From Promethearchaeota archaeon (GTDB lineage Archaea > Asgardarchaeota > Lokiarchaeia > Sigyniarchaeales > SOKP01): 27,470 nt of DNA. Both the position numbers and the translations under genes were made by a program. The DNA is taken from positions 156,176 to 183,645 of the forward strand of contig JAHPZI010000002.1 of NCBI GenBank assembly GCA_019058295.1, in the 5' to 3' direction. Below, piece after piece: positions 1 to 10,678 of this stretch (position 1 is the stretch's first letter; each line of letters starts with the position of its first letter). A model generated the notes under the pieces. That model had not been told where the DNA came from and searched no databases. It saw nothing but the letters and a program-made list of their open reading frames with translations.

Positions 1-3000
1 ATTCGAGATAAGAATGGAAATCCAATTTATGGTATAGGAATGGTTGAAGATATTAATGAGCGCAAGAAGGCTGAAGAAAAATTAAAAGAATCCGAAAAAA
101 AATATCGAAATATTATTGAAAACACTACAGAGGGTTATTTTGAAGTTGATTTAAAGGGAAATTTCACTTTTTTCAACGATGCATTATGCGAAATGTCGGG
201 ATATACTCGAGAAGAATCACTAGGAACGAGTTTCAGTAAATATATGACTGAGGAGAATAGTAAAAGGACGTTTAAAATGTTTAACAAAGTGTTTAATACT
301 GGAATCCCGCAAAAAAACTTTCAATACGAATTTTTTAGAACAAACGGAAAAATAATGTATGGAGAATCTTCAATCTATTTAAAATACGATTCTGAGGGAA
401 ATAAAATCGGTTTCAGCGGATTTCTGAGAGATGTAACAGAGAAAAGAGAAGCAGCGCAGAAATTAAAGGAGTCCGAAGAAAAGTTTAGAACTATTACTGA
501 ACAATCTCTAATGGGCATTATGATTTTGCAAGATGATGTAGTTAAATATGTAAATAAAGAATTTGCTGATCTATTGGAATATGAAGTTGATGAAATTAAG
601 AGCTGGCAGCCAGGTGAATATCTTAAAACAGTTTATCCCGAGGATAAAGATATGATCAGACATTATGCTGAATTGAGACAAAAAGGAATAGAAGACGATA
701 TAAATCATTATATTCATCGAACCGTTAAAAAAACAGGAGAAATTATTTGGTTTGAAGTATTTGCTAAAACTATTACTTATAGAGGAAGACCAGCAGATTT
801 GATTACAATTATAGATATAACAGATGTAAAAGAAGCAGAAGAGAAATTAAAAGAATCTGAAAAGAAATTTAGGTCTATTTTTAAAGCGCTACCTGACCTT
901 TTTTTCTTATTATCTGCTGACAGCACCATATTAGAATATCGTGGCAAAATAGATGATTTATACATTTCTCCAGAGAAATTCATAGGGAAAAAAGCAATAG
1001 ATGTATTACCTACTGAAGTTGGTAAAGCAGGTCAAGAATCTATTAAAAAAACAATTGAAACAAAAGAACAACAGATAATTGAATATGAATTACTAATGAA
1101 AGATGGGATACATTACTATGAGGGTCGCTTTCTCTATTTTTCTGAGAATAGGGTTGTCATGTTTATAAGGGATATTTCCGATCGCAAAAAAGCAGAAGAA
1201 AATTTAAAAGAATCCGAAGAAAAATTTAGAACTATTACCGAGCAATCTCTTATGGGAGTAGTGATTATGCAAGATAATAAAGTTAAATATATAAATCAAC
1301 AATTTGCTGATCTATCTGGATATACTATTGATGAAGCATTGAGCTTACAACTACAAGATATTTCTGATCTTATCCATCCGGAAGATAGAAAAATGGTAAT
1401 GGAACAAATGATGAAAAAGCAAAAGGGGTCTCAAGATGTTACCAATCATTATCAGTATCGGATGATTAATAAGAGGGGAAAGATCCTATGGTTAGATAAT
1501 TTTTCTAAAACAATTAATTATATGGGAAGACCAGCGGATTTAGCAACAGTAATAGACATCACCGAGCGGAAATTAGCGGAGGAACGATTAAAAGAATCTG
1601 AAGAAAAATTTAGAACTATTACCGAACAATCTCTTATGGGAGTAACTATTGTGCAAGATAATAAGGTTAAATATATAAATCAACAAATTGCTGATCTATC
1701 TGGCTATAGTATTGATGAAGCAAAGAGTTTCCAACTAAAAGATATTACTGAGGCTATCCATCCAGAAGATAAAAAAATAGTCATGGAACAAATGATAAAA
1801 AAGCAAGAGGGTTCTCAAGATGTCATTAATCATTATCAGTATCGGGTTTTTAAAAAGACGGGAGAACTCATATGGTTAGATAATTTTTCTACAACAATTA
1901 ATTATATGGGAAGACCAGCGGATTTAATAACACAAATAGACATTACAGATCGTAAAATAGCAGAGGAAAAATTAAAAGAATCTGAAGAAAAATACAAAAA
2001 TATGATTAATGACTTAGATCTAGGATTTTTTCAAGCAACATGGGATGGAACAATAATGAATGTTAATCCTGCGTTTCGCATGATTATGGGGTATAGTCAA
2101 TCTGAAGGCTTAATTGGTAAAAAGATTTCGTTTTTTTTTAAAAATCCAGAAGAACAGAAAAGATATTCTGAAGATTTATTGAAAAATAATATTGTTGATA
2201 ATTATATTATCCATGGGCAAAATGTATATGGAGAAGAACTAATTTTACAAACAGATTCCCATTTAAAAAGAGATGAGGAAGGGAATCCAATAGAAATAGA
2301 AGGTACCATTGCAAACATTACTGAAAAATTCAAGTTAGAGCAAAAATTAAAACTTTCGGAAGAAAGATATCGCTTCCTATTTGAACACTCACTTTTGGCT
2401 ATAATTCTCTCAGATTTGAATGGGGTAATTAGAGAAATTAATCCTGCCACAGAAAAATTAATAGGATACTTAAAAAAAGAAGTTATCGGAAGATCGTACG
2501 AAAACCTTTCAATTGTCCATCCGGATCATTTACCAATAATACAACAACGCTTTAAGCAGCTTGTAAAAGGAGAGTCGGTTCCTCCTATGGATGTAAAATT
2601 TTACAGAAAAGATGGAAGTCTCTTATGGGCAAGTATTGATTCTAACCTTATAAAAATAGGTGATGAAATATTTTTACATGTTATGTGTCGAGAAATCACA
2701 GAAAGGAAAAAAGCTGAGCTTCTTGTTAAGGAGGAAATAGAAAAACTAAAAGAATTGGATCAAATTAGAAAAGATCTTATCTCGAGAGTATCACACGAGT
2801 TAAAAACGCCTTTAATTCCTGTGTTAGGTGGTGTCGAATATCTTCTTTACTCATATAGCGATAAATTTGAAAAGGAACAAATAGAGTTATTAGAGATGAT
2901 CCAGAAAGGAGGTAAACGCTTAGGTAAGTTAGTTGAAAGGTTATTGGATATAACTCGAATAGAATACGATAAATTAATACTAAACAGACAATTAACCAAT

Positions 3001-3456
3001 TTGAGTGAAATTATTAAAGAAACCGCTAATGATATGAAATATTTAATCAAGGAACGAAAAATTAATCTAAATTTAGTAGTACCAGAGGATTTATTTTTAG
3101 AAATTGATGGAATGAGAATAGAACAAGTAATTACTAATTTGTTATCGAATGCCCTTAAGAATACACCTCCAAATGGTAGAGTAAGTATAGGTTTAGAAAA
3201 GTATGGCAATTGGGCGATAATTTCTGTAAGTGATACAGGAGTAGGATTTACTGAGGATGAAATGAAAAAAATATTTACAAAATTCGGCAAAATTGAAAGA
3301 CATGGGGAGGGACTTGAATATATTAATATGGAAGGGTCTGGTCTTGGATTATTCATCACTAAACAGATTGTGGATCTGCATGATGGAAAAATTTGGGTGG
3401 AATCTACTGGCCGTAATCGAGGTTGTATCTTTAAAGTTCGATTGCCAATTATTTAA
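1..3456 (+). CDS. Multi-PAS sensor histidine kinase (5'-partial; frame is open from position 1)
   Basis: Seven complete PAS/PAC units joined by 'DITERKxAEEKLKESEEK(F/Y)R' linkers, HisKA H-box SHELKTPL, HATPase N-box NLLSNALK, G1 DTGVG and G2 GSGLGL. No stop codon between 1 and the ATG at 40, so the gene starts upstream of the window. Confidence 0.95.
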   Translation: MRDKNGNPIYGIGMVEDINERKKAEEKLKESEKKYRNIIENTTEGYFEVDLKGNFTFFNDALCEMSGYTREESLGTSFSKYMTEENSKRTFKMFNKVFNTGIPQKNFQYEFFRTNGKIMYGESSIYLKYDSEGNKIGFSGFLRDVTEKREAAQKLKESEEKFRTITEQSLMGIMILQDDVVKYVNKEFADLLEYEVDEIKSWQPGEYLKTVYPEDKDMIRHYAELRQKGIEDDINHYIHRTVKKTGEIIWFEVFAKTITYRGRPADLITIIDITDVKEAEEKLKESEKKFRSIFKALPDLFFLLSADSTILEYRGKIDDLYISPEKFIGKKAIDVLPTEVGKAGQESIKKTIETKEQQIIEYELLMKDGIHYYEGRFLYFSENRVVMFIRDISDRKKAEENLKESEEKFRTITEQSLMGVVIMQDNKVKYINQQFADLSGYTIDEALSLQLQDISDLIHPEDRKMVMEQMMKKQKGSQDVTNHYQYRMINKRGKILWLDNFSKTINYMGRPADLATVIDITERKLAEERLKESEEKFRTITEQSLMGVTIVQDNKVKYINQQIADLSGYSIDEAKSFQLKDITEAIHPEDKKIVMEQMIKKQEGSQDVINHYQYRVFKKTGELIWLDNFSTTINYMGRPADLITQIDITDRKIAEEKLKESEEKYKNMINDLDLGFFQATWDGTIMNVNPAFRMIMGYSQSEGLIGKKISFFFKNPEEQKRYSEDLLKNNIVDNYIIHGQNVYGEELILQTDSHLKRDEEGNPIEIEGTIANITEKFKLEQKLKLSEERYRFLFEHSLLAIILSDLNGVIREINPATEKLIGYLKKEVIGRSYENLSIVHPDHLPIIQQRFKQLVKGESVPPMDVKFYRKDGSLLWASIDSNLIKIGDEIFLHVMCREITERKKAELLVKEEIEKLKELDQIRKDLISRVSHELKTPLIPVLGGVEYLLYSYSDKFEKEQIELLEMIQKGGKRLGKLVERLLDITRIEYDKLILNRQLTNLSEIIKETANDMKYLIKERKINLNLVVPEDLFLEIDGMRIEQVITNLLSNALKNTPPNGRVSIGLEKYGNWAIISVSDTGVGFTEDEMKKIFTKFGKIERHGEGLEYINMEGSGLGLFITKQIVDLHDGKIWVESTGRNRGCIFKVRLPII
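1204..1971 (+). repeat. Tandem duplication of a 384-bp (128-codon) PAS module inside the kinase; a more diverged copy lies at 463-846
   Basis: Units begin TTAAAAGAATC(C/T)GAAGAAAAATTTAGAACTATTACCGA(G/A)CAATCTCTTATGGGAGTA at 1204 and 1588 and share long identical DNA stretches, e.g. ACAATTAATTATATGGGAAGACCAGCGGATTTA. Confidence 0.9.
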
Positions 3457-3467
3457 GAGAGTGAAAT

Positions 3468-4061
3468 CTATAAAATTTTTGCTAATTTATATCCTTCTTC
3501 AATCAATTCAATATTAAGTTTACCCAGTTCTTTGCTCATTCTTTTTTGAACAATTTTATTTAAATTATCTAAACTTAAGTCAGTTAAAGATTTAGATAAT
3601 AATCCTAAAATTGGAGTATTAATGATTGGAGCTCCATCAATCGTCAAGCCTTTTTCTAAAGCTAATTTATTTAAATCAGCAACGATAATCTTAATATTAG
3701 AAAGATTAAATTTATCCGCAAAATACTTCGGTTCTTTTTCAGAATTTATAATAAAGATCCCATTATCTTTTAGGGAAGAGGCAATATTTTGATTAAATAC
3801 TGTTTCGTCTAGAATTATTAAAATATTCGGATTTTCGATTTGAGTTCTGTCCCAAATTTTTTCTTTTCTTGAAAGTTTTGCATAAGCTTGAACTGGTGCC
3901 CCTCTCCTTTCTGCCCCAAAAGAAGGATATGCGTGAACATCTACAAAATTACCACTTAAAAATGCTGCTTCTGCGATAATCTCTGCGCACGTTACTACGC
4001 CCATACCTCCTCTACCATGAATTGCAATAGCATAATTCTTTATCTTATCATTTTCCGCCAT
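3468..4061 (-). CDS. 2-oxoacid:ferredoxin oxidoreductase gamma subunit (PorC/PorG family), stand-alone
   Basis: Motifs HGRGGMGVVT, PSFGAERRGAPV and INTPILG are typical of POR gamma subunits. Confidence 0.9.
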   Translation of the reverse strand: MAENDKIKNYAIAIHGRGGMGVVTCAEIIAEAAFLSGNFVDVHAYPSFGAERRGAPVQAYAKLSRKEKIWDRTQIENPNILIILDETVFNQNIASSLKDNGIFIINSEKEPKYFADKFNLSNIKIIVADLNKLALEKGLTIDGAPIINTPILGLLSKSLTDLSLDNLNKIVQKRMSKELGKLNIELIEEGYKLAKIL

Positions 4062-4290
4062 TGAAACAACCTTATAGATTACAGTATAATACTCTGAAAT
4101 AATACTTTTTAATATGAAATATATCTAAAAATTAAAAATTTTTCTCTATTTCAGATAATATTTTGGATTTTACATAAAAGAACTTGGCTTTTTTTTATTA
4201 AAAACAATAATGATAATAAAGCTAACGTTATTATATATAGAATATAATAATATCATTTTGCTCTAATATAAAATTCCATATGAGAAAAGT

Positions 4291-5142
4291 ATGAAAAATC
4301 ATAGTGGATATTTTGAAGGACGTGAACGCCGAAAATTATTTTATCAGTATTGGATACCCGATTCTGGGGAAAATAAAGCATTTATAGTAGGGATCCATGG
4401 ATGGGGGACACATTCTGACGGATTTAAGGTCCCTGCGGAATATTTAACAGAAAAAGGTTATGCATTATATTCCTTTGATTTAAGAGGACATTGGAGAAAT
4501 GCAGGCAATACACCCGGACATATTGACAGTATGGATCATATTCAAAAAGATATTGTTCTCTTTATGGACATTGTCAGGAAAGACTCGAAAGATAAAAAAA
4601 TATTTCTAATGGGATACTCCTTTGGAGGATTAATTAGTTTAATCTATGCTATAAATCGTCCTGATTTACCTGGAGTGATTGTTGCTTCACCTATGTTAGG
4701 GCTCTCAATTGGAAAGAAATTGGCCAAAGCACTGGCAAAACCTATTTCAAAAATCACACCAACTAAAATTATGGACTACGAGATTGATCAAACACTATTA
4801 ACTAGCGATTTAAAGATTCTAAGAAGTTATTTAGCTGATGATAACAAATTGAACATTATTTCGGTTAAAAGTGCCGCAGAAAGACAGAAATCAATGATAT
4901 GGGCCATGGATAACGCTAGAAACCTTTCATGTCCAGCATTAATTATGCAGGCAGGAAAAGATAAAGTAATTGATAAAGAAAAAACTAAGGAATTCTTTGA
5001 AAAAGTAAAATCTAAAGATAAAACCTATAAAGAATATGATGGATTTTTACACGATATACTTCACGAAAAGAAAAGAGCTCAAGTATACCGCGACATTGAT
5101 ATATTCATTTCAAAGATTTTAGGAATCAAAATTAAGAACTAA
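4291..5142 (+). CDS. Alpha/beta hydrolase, monoacylglycerol lipase/lysophospholipase family
   Basis: HGWGTHS oxyanion region, DLRGH, nucleophile elbow GYSFGG, acid residue in GKDKVID and His in GFLHDILHE. Confidence 0.9.
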   Translation: MKNHSGYFEGRERRKLFYQYWIPDSGENKAFIVGIHGWGTHSDGFKVPAEYLTEKGYALYSFDLRGHWRNAGNTPGHIDSMDHIQKDIVLFMDIVRKDSKDKKIFLMGYSFGGLISLIYAINRPDLPGVIVASPMLGLSIGKKLAKALAKPISKITPTKIMDYEIDQTLLTSDLKILRSYLADDNKLNIISVKSAAERQKSMIWAMDNARNLSCPALIMQAGKDKVIDKEKTKEFFEKVKSKDKTYKEYDGFLHDILHEKKRAQVYRDIDIFISKILGIKIKN

Positions 5143-5206
5143 TTTTAAAATAGTAACTGAGTAAAAATAACAAGAATAATAATAAATAAATGGTAAGAAA
5201 GAGATA

Positions 5207-5788
5207 ATGCTAACTTTTCAAGACCTATTTTATTATTTTGACCTATTAATCGGATTCACAGCTCCTATTATAGTCTATATTTTATATCGAACTGATAAAA
5301 TAGACAGAATATCTTGGTGCGTTTTTTGGTTAGGAGCAGCAGTAGGTCTTACATGGGAAATCCCCATGTTTATAGGGAGCTATGAAACTACTTTTTTTAT
5401 AACATTAGAAACCATACGTCCATACCCTTATCATTATTTAGTTTTCATGATATGCCATACTTTATGGGATGGAATGCTATTTCTGATAGGATATAGGTTA
5501 GTCTTACTCCTCTCCAAATCACCTCGTTTTGATAAATTTAACATTAAAGAACTATTGATTCTCATTATATACGGTCAGATTCAAGAATTTATTGTCGAGA
5601 TAGGAGCGGTTTCAAATTCAGCTTGGACTTTTTTTGTATATTGGTGGAATCCTGCTTTATTTTATGTTAATGAATATCCGATAACTCTATATCCACAATT
5701 ATCATGGCTCTTTGGAACCATTTTATTCTATTATTTACTTTTAAAATTGAAATCGAAAATTAAGGATAGTTCTAAAGATATCTATTAA
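5207..5788 (+). CDS. Multi-pass membrane protein of unknown function
   Basis: 193 aa with about 5 hydrophobic segments carrying intramembrane polar residues (TWEIP, CHTLWDG, QEFIVE). Confidence 0.75.
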   Translation: MLTFQDLFYYFDLLIGFTAPIIVYILYRTDKIDRISWCVFWLGAAVGLTWEIPMFIGSYETTFFITLETIRPYPYHYLVFMICHTLWDGMLFLIGYRLVLLLSKSPRFDKFNIKELLILIIYGQIQEFIVEIGAVSNSAWTFFVYWWNPALFYVNEYPITLYPQLSWLFGTILFYYLLLKLKSKIKDSSKDIY

Positions 5789-6354
5789 ATCTTTTTGAGT
5801 ATAGAAGGATTTACAGCGTTATTTCTAGCTTGTAATAGATTTTTTTGTAGACCTTTTATTATATTCATTTTTCCCATATCTGAGAGCCCATAAGTATATA
5901 TTTTATTAGTATTTTGCCTTATTATAGCTTCTTTTTTAGGTAAAGATTGATTAAATAAATAGAAAAGATTGGCAACTTCATAAAACTTCTCCTTAGCTCC
6001 TAGTATCTTGTTTGATTCACAATGAAAAGCTTTATAAACATCGGGAATATTCTGAAGTTCATTAACAAAAAATTCCATAACTTCTCCAAATGTGCTTAAA
6101 TTATATTGCCTATCAAAACAAATAAGACTTAAAAGGAGAATTTCCGCTTTTCCTCTTGCCATAGGGCTTGGCATTTCAAAAATTAGATTGATTGATCTTA
6201 TCGTACCATACTCATGAATAAAAAAGCCCTCTCTATAGAGATCCATAAGGAGAGGAATGTGATCTAAAATAGCAGAAGTTCTGAGTTCAGGAGCTTTTAA
6301 CAAAATCCTAGGACCTGATCGATTGTTAAAATAACTTAGAAGAGGATAAATCAT
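5785..6354 (-). CDS. Hypothetical protein; longin/DENN-like N-terminal domain followed by a degenerate P-loop-like segment
   Basis: N-terminal 'LSYFNNRSGPRIL' resembles the FxxxxGP opening of longin-like domains, and C-terminal 'KIYTYGLSDMGKMNII' resembles a small-GTPase G1 box. Both assignments are by eye only. Confidence 0.5.
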   Translation of the reverse strand: MIYPLLSYFNNRSGPRILLKAPELRTSAILDHIPLLMDLYREGFFIHEYGTIRSINLIFEMPSPMARGKAEILLLSLICFDRQYNLSTFGEVMEFFVNELQNIPDVYKAFHCESNKILGAKEKFYEVANLFYLFNQSLPKKEAIIRQNTNKIYTYGLSDMGKMNIIKGLQKNLLQARNNAVNPSILKKI

Positions 6355-6459
6355 TTATTGCATCAACTCTAGATTTGTTTATAGCAATAAAAATAAATAA
6401 TCTAATATCATTTGGATATTATCAAACAATGCGAATATAATTATTTAAATAGCCATTGC

Positions 6460-7512
6460 TTAATTTCCAAAATCTATACTATAGGCACATTTCTCACACA
6501 GTTTAAGTTTCTTGTGCCTAATTAGTTTTTCCCGATAATATCGATACTTTTTGGAATTCCAAATATCCAAGAAATGCTGTTCATTCAGGTTACCAAATGT
6601 ATAAATACCATCATAGTCATAACAACATGCTCCAACTCTGCCATCCCATAAGATGACACACTTATGTTCCCAACTACAAAATATTGTAGGATTTATTAAC
6701 TCGAGTTTTCCATTCACATAATTATATCTCTTCGTCCCATTTTTTGGAAGATATTTTTCTACTAAATCTGAAACGGAATGATCATTGCGAAAACCTTGTG
6801 AGTGCAGAGGAAAGCAAATAGCTTTAAACCACACACCATCAACACCAATTTTATTCATTAACCAGTCATATATAGTCTGAAGCTGGTTCTCATTCTCTCG
6901 GCTAACGATAACCTCTGCCATAATCAGTGGAAAAGTCTTCTTCTGTTCCTTTTTCGCTTCACAAAGTTTTTTTACATGTTCTATTGTATTTTTGAAGTTA
7001 GCACCTGCTCTAAATTGCTCGAAAATAGTTGGATTTGCACTGTCTATACTGACAATAAGAAGATTTAATTGAGAATCCAAGATTTCCCAAATTTTTTGCT
7101 TATTAATTAAGGTGCTGTTTGTATCCACCACTGTAAAGATGTTATATTCAGCAGCATCCCTCACCATTTTGAAGAGTTTTGGATTAAGAAATGGCTCTCC
7201 AGCGAAGTTAAAATTGAAGACTATCGCAAACTTATGTACATCATCAAGAAGTTTTTGGTATGTTTTGTAATTCATCATACCTTGCTTTCTTGTCATGTAT
7301 TTGTGAGGCGTTGTACATAATGGGCATTTCAAGTTACAACCACAAATTGGCTCGATCATTATTGAGAGGGGAGTTTTAGCAACCTTGTAAGATATATATC
7401 TTCGTAATAAGCTGCCGCTTATCGAAGGATTGAAAAAAATATTATTTTTAATATAATATTTGATTATTGGGGCAATCCATTTTCGAAATATGGCCACGTA
7501 TTTTTCAGACAT
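6460..7512 (-). CDS. Radical SAM protein with C-terminal SPASM/twitch domain
   Basis: CxxxCxxC motif (CNLKCPLC), GEPFL, and the C-terminal C..WDGRVGACCYD..FGNL..IWNS..CEKC SPASM pattern. Confidence 0.92.
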   Translation of the reverse strand: MSEKYVAIFRKWIAPIIKYYIKNNIFFNPSISGSLLRRYISYKVAKTPLSIMIEPICGCNLKCPLCTTPHKYMTRKQGMMNYKTYQKLLDDVHKFAIVFNFNFAGEPFLNPKLFKMVRDAAEYNIFTVVDTNSTLINKQKIWEILDSQLNLLIVSIDSANPTIFEQFRAGANFKNTIEHVKKLCEAKKEQKKTFPLIMAEVIVSRENENQLQTIYDWLMNKIGVDGVWFKAICFPLHSQGFRNDHSVSDLVEKYLPKNGTKRYNYVNGKLELINPTIFCSWEHKCVILWDGRVGACCYDYDGIYTFGNLNEQHFLDIWNSKKYRYYREKLIRHKKLKLCEKCAYSIDFGN

Positions 7513-7786
7513 TATTACTTGGACTTTTAAAATTTAATTATTATATTCGTAATTTTAAAATTTTGGATAATTTTTAAAAAAACTTTTACAACCTCGTAAT
7601 ATTATTAATAAATTCTTATTTTTATTGAACTTTTTCAGACTCTTAACAATAATATAATAAATTATCTTCTCATTTATCATACTTATTAAAAAAGTAATAA
7701 ATAGAATTAATTTTAATAGTGAATTATTTATAAAATTAGATTAAGAAGTACTTAAAATCATAGAAAAACAATTTTATCAATATAAT

Positions 7787-10666
7787 ATGTCTCTAAAAGA
7801 AATTAATGAGCGTTCTTTAACACCCATGATGAAACATTGGTACGCTGTTAAAAAGAAATATCCCGAACATTTATGTGCTTACCGAATGGGTGATTTTTAC
7901 GAGTTTTTTTATGATGATGCCGAACGTGTCTCTAATTTACTGGGGATAACATTAACAAAAAGGAAGATAGGGAATGATTCATATCCATTAGCTGGCATAC
8001 CGCATCATGCCGGGAATTATTTGAACAATTTAGTGAATATGGGACAAACTATTGTTTTAGTTGAACAATTAGAGGATCCGGCAACAGTTAAAGGAAGAAT
8101 TGTTAAGCGCGGTGTAGTTCGAATACTTTCTCCAGGCACAATTACAGAATCAGGTATGTTAAAATCTGATGAGAATAATTATATTGCGTCTATGGTAAAA
8201 GAAAAAAAAGGATATGGTGTTTCATTAGCAGATATTTCCACTGGTGAATTTTTAGCTACTGAGTTTTCGATAAAAGAGAAGGATCCAGAAGAAAAATTAC
8301 TTAGCTTGTTTTCTCAATACGATCCTGTAGAAATAATTATCCCTGCGGAGCTTAAGAGAGATGAAAGGCTTTTTATATTTTTAACGGACCTAACAGAAGC
8401 AATTATAAAAGCCTATGATGATTATGTTTTTAATTATGAAGAATCCTATTCCTTAATTAAACGTCATTTTAACATCTCAAATTTAGAGGGTTTTGGTTTA
8501 GAAGGGGCTGAAATAGCAATTCAGGCTGCTGGAGGGCTTTTAGCTTTTTTGAAAGAAACCCAGAGAGATGTAATTCCAAATATATTTAAAATAAATTTAA
8601 TCCAAGAAAAAAATGCTCTCCATTTAGATTATGTAACCCAGAGAAATTTAGAATTAACAACATCTTTATGGGAAAGAGGAAAAGATACGACGTTATATTC
8701 TGTTTTTAACCACGCTCATACGCCTATGGGCGCTCGATTGCTAAAAAAATTCATCCTTCAACCTCTTAAGGATATTGAAGAAATTAATCAACGTCTAAAT
8801 ATAGTTCAAAAGTTTAAAGATGATATTTTTTTAAGATCTGATTTAAGAGAAAACTTAAAAACTATTGGAGATCTCGAAAGATACATAAATCGAGTAAGTT
8901 ATAAAACGAGAACAAATGCTCGCGATTTATTAAATATAAAAAACTCTTTAGAAATTATCCCAAAAATTAAAATATTATTAGAAGAGGCGAAAATTCCAGA
9001 GATAACAAGATTTCTTGATAAAATCAACAATTTTAATGAAATTAAAAGTTTAATAGAAGTATCAATTAAAGAAGACGCCCCTACAACAGTTAAGGAAGGA
9101 GGTTTAATCAAGGATGGTTTCAATGATAATGTTGATGAGTTAAGAGATATCCTAAATAATGGAAAAAAATACGTTCTGCAATACGAGGACGAGCAGAAAA
9201 AGCGATGGAATTTGACCACAGGATTGAAAGTTAGGCATAACAATATTCTTGGGTATTATATCGAAATAACTTTCAATACGCTAAAATCTATTTCAAAAAT
9301 ACCTGATGAATATGTGGAGAGATCGACTCTTAAAAATGCAAAGAGATATACCACTGAAAAATTGAAAGAATTAGAAGAGAAAATTGTTGCCGCCGAAGAA
9401 CAAATAAATGATTTAGAGTATGAAATTTTTAGCACAATTCGAGATAAAGTTACAAAAGAAACCGAAAAGATCTTAGGAACCGCAAGGACTATTGCCAATA
9501 TTGATGTGTTGGCATGTTTTGCCGAGATTGCTGAAAAATATAATTATTGTCGTCCTATAATCACTAACGATGAAAAAATTATAATTAAAGAGGGAAGACA
9601 TCCTGTAGTTGAGCAGATTAACATTATTGAACAATTTATCCCTAATGACTGCTATATGGACCCAGAGAACGAGCAATTATTAATTATAACTGGCCCAAAT
9701 ATGGCTGGCAAAAGTACTTATCTTCGACAAGTAGCTCTAATATGTTTAGTTGCCCAAATGGGTTGTTTTGTTCCCGCTAAATCAGCCACTATTGGGATAA
9801 TAGATCAAATATTCACAAGAATCGGTGCCTCAGATGATTTAGCAAGAAAATTAAGTACATTTATGATAGAAATGACAGAAACAGCAAAAATTCTAAATTA
9901 TGCTACGGAAAAAAGTCTTATAATAATTGACGAACTTGGGAGAGGTACTAGTACAAGCGATGGTCAGAGTATTGCCATGGCAACGCTTGAAAAGTTGCAC
10001 GATTTAAAAGCCAAAACTCTTTTCAGTACGCATTATCATCAATTAACCGAAATCAATTTACCACGCGTGAAAAACTATCATCTTGATATTATTGAAAACG
10101 ATGACGGATCCATTAATTTTGTTAGAAAATTGAGTTCAGGCAGTACCGATAAATCTTATGGTATTCATGTTGCCAAACTTGCCGGTATCCCCGATGATGT
10201 TGTTATAAGAGCATTTGAAATATTAGAACAAATTGAAGAAAAAGATCCATTTAAAGCTACGGTTAAAGAAAATGGAAACGATAATTCTTCCACTAAATAC
10301 TACGATAAATTAATACAAGAGAAAAAAGGCTTTTTGGATAAATTGAACTCTGAATTGAAACATAAAAAGCAAGAATTATATGATTATGAAGATGAGTTGA
10401 GCAAAAAAGAAAAAGTATTGAAAGAAAAAAATCTTGAAATTAAGAACGTTAATACTATAGTTCACTCAAAAAAAAAAAAAAGTCCGAAAGAGAAAAAATA
10501 TATACAAACCAGTTTCTTTAAACCTATTGTTAAGAAAGAAAAAATAGTTGATGAAAAAGTTAAAGCTTTAATTGATTTAATAAAAGAAATGGATATAAAT
10601 TCAATTACACCTGTTGATGCTATGAAAAAGCTGATTGAACTTAAAGAAAAATTGAAGGAACAGTAA
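7787..10666 (+). CDS. mutS: DNA mismatch repair protein MutS (MutS1 type)
   Basis: TPMM, mismatch-binding GDFYE(F)F motif, Walker A TGPNMAGKST, Walker B IIDELGRGTS, STHYHQL and SYGIHVAKLAG helix-turn-helix. Confidence 0.97.
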   Translation: MSLKEINERSLTPMMKHWYAVKKKYPEHLCAYRMGDFYEFFYDDAERVSNLLGITLTKRKIGNDSYPLAGIPHHAGNYLNNLVNMGQTIVLVEQLEDPATVKGRIVKRGVVRILSPGTITESGMLKSDENNYIASMVKEKKGYGVSLADISTGEFLATEFSIKEKDPEEKLLSLFSQYDPVEIIIPAELKRDERLFIFLTDLTEAIIKAYDDYVFNYEESYSLIKRHFNISNLEGFGLEGAEIAIQAAGGLLAFLKETQRDVIPNIFKINLIQEKNALHLDYVTQRNLELTTSLWERGKDTTLYSVFNHAHTPMGARLLKKFILQPLKDIEEINQRLNIVQKFKDDIFLRSDLRENLKTIGDLERYINRVSYKTRTNARDLLNIKNSLEIIPKIKILLEEAKIPEITRFLDKINNFNEIKSLIEVSIKEDAPTTVKEGGLIKDGFNDNVDELRDILNNGKKYVLQYEDEQKKRWNLTTGLKVRHNNILGYYIEITFNTLKSISKIPDEYVERSTLKNAKRYTTEKLKELEEKIVAAEEQINDLEYEIFSTIRDKVTKETEKILGTARTIANIDVLACFAEIAEKYNYCRPIITNDEKIIIKEGRHPVVEQINIIEQFIPNDCYMDPENEQLLIITGPNMAGKSTYLRQVALICLVAQMGCFVPAKSATIGIIDQIFTRIGASDDLARKLSTFMIEMTETAKILNYATEKSLIIIDELGRGTSTSDGQSIAMATLEKLHDLKAKTLFSTHYHQLTEINLPRVKNYHLDIIENDDGSINFVRKLSSGSTDKSYGIHVAKLAGIPDDVVIRAFEILEQIEEKDPFKATVKENGNDNSSTKYYDKLIQEKKGFLDKLNSELKHKKQELYDYEDELSKKEKVLKEKNLEIKNVNTIVHSKKKKSPKEKKYIQTSFFKPIVKKEKIVDEKVKALIDLIKEMDINSITPVDAMKKLIELKEKLKEQ

Positions 10667-10678
10667 TTACAAATAATC

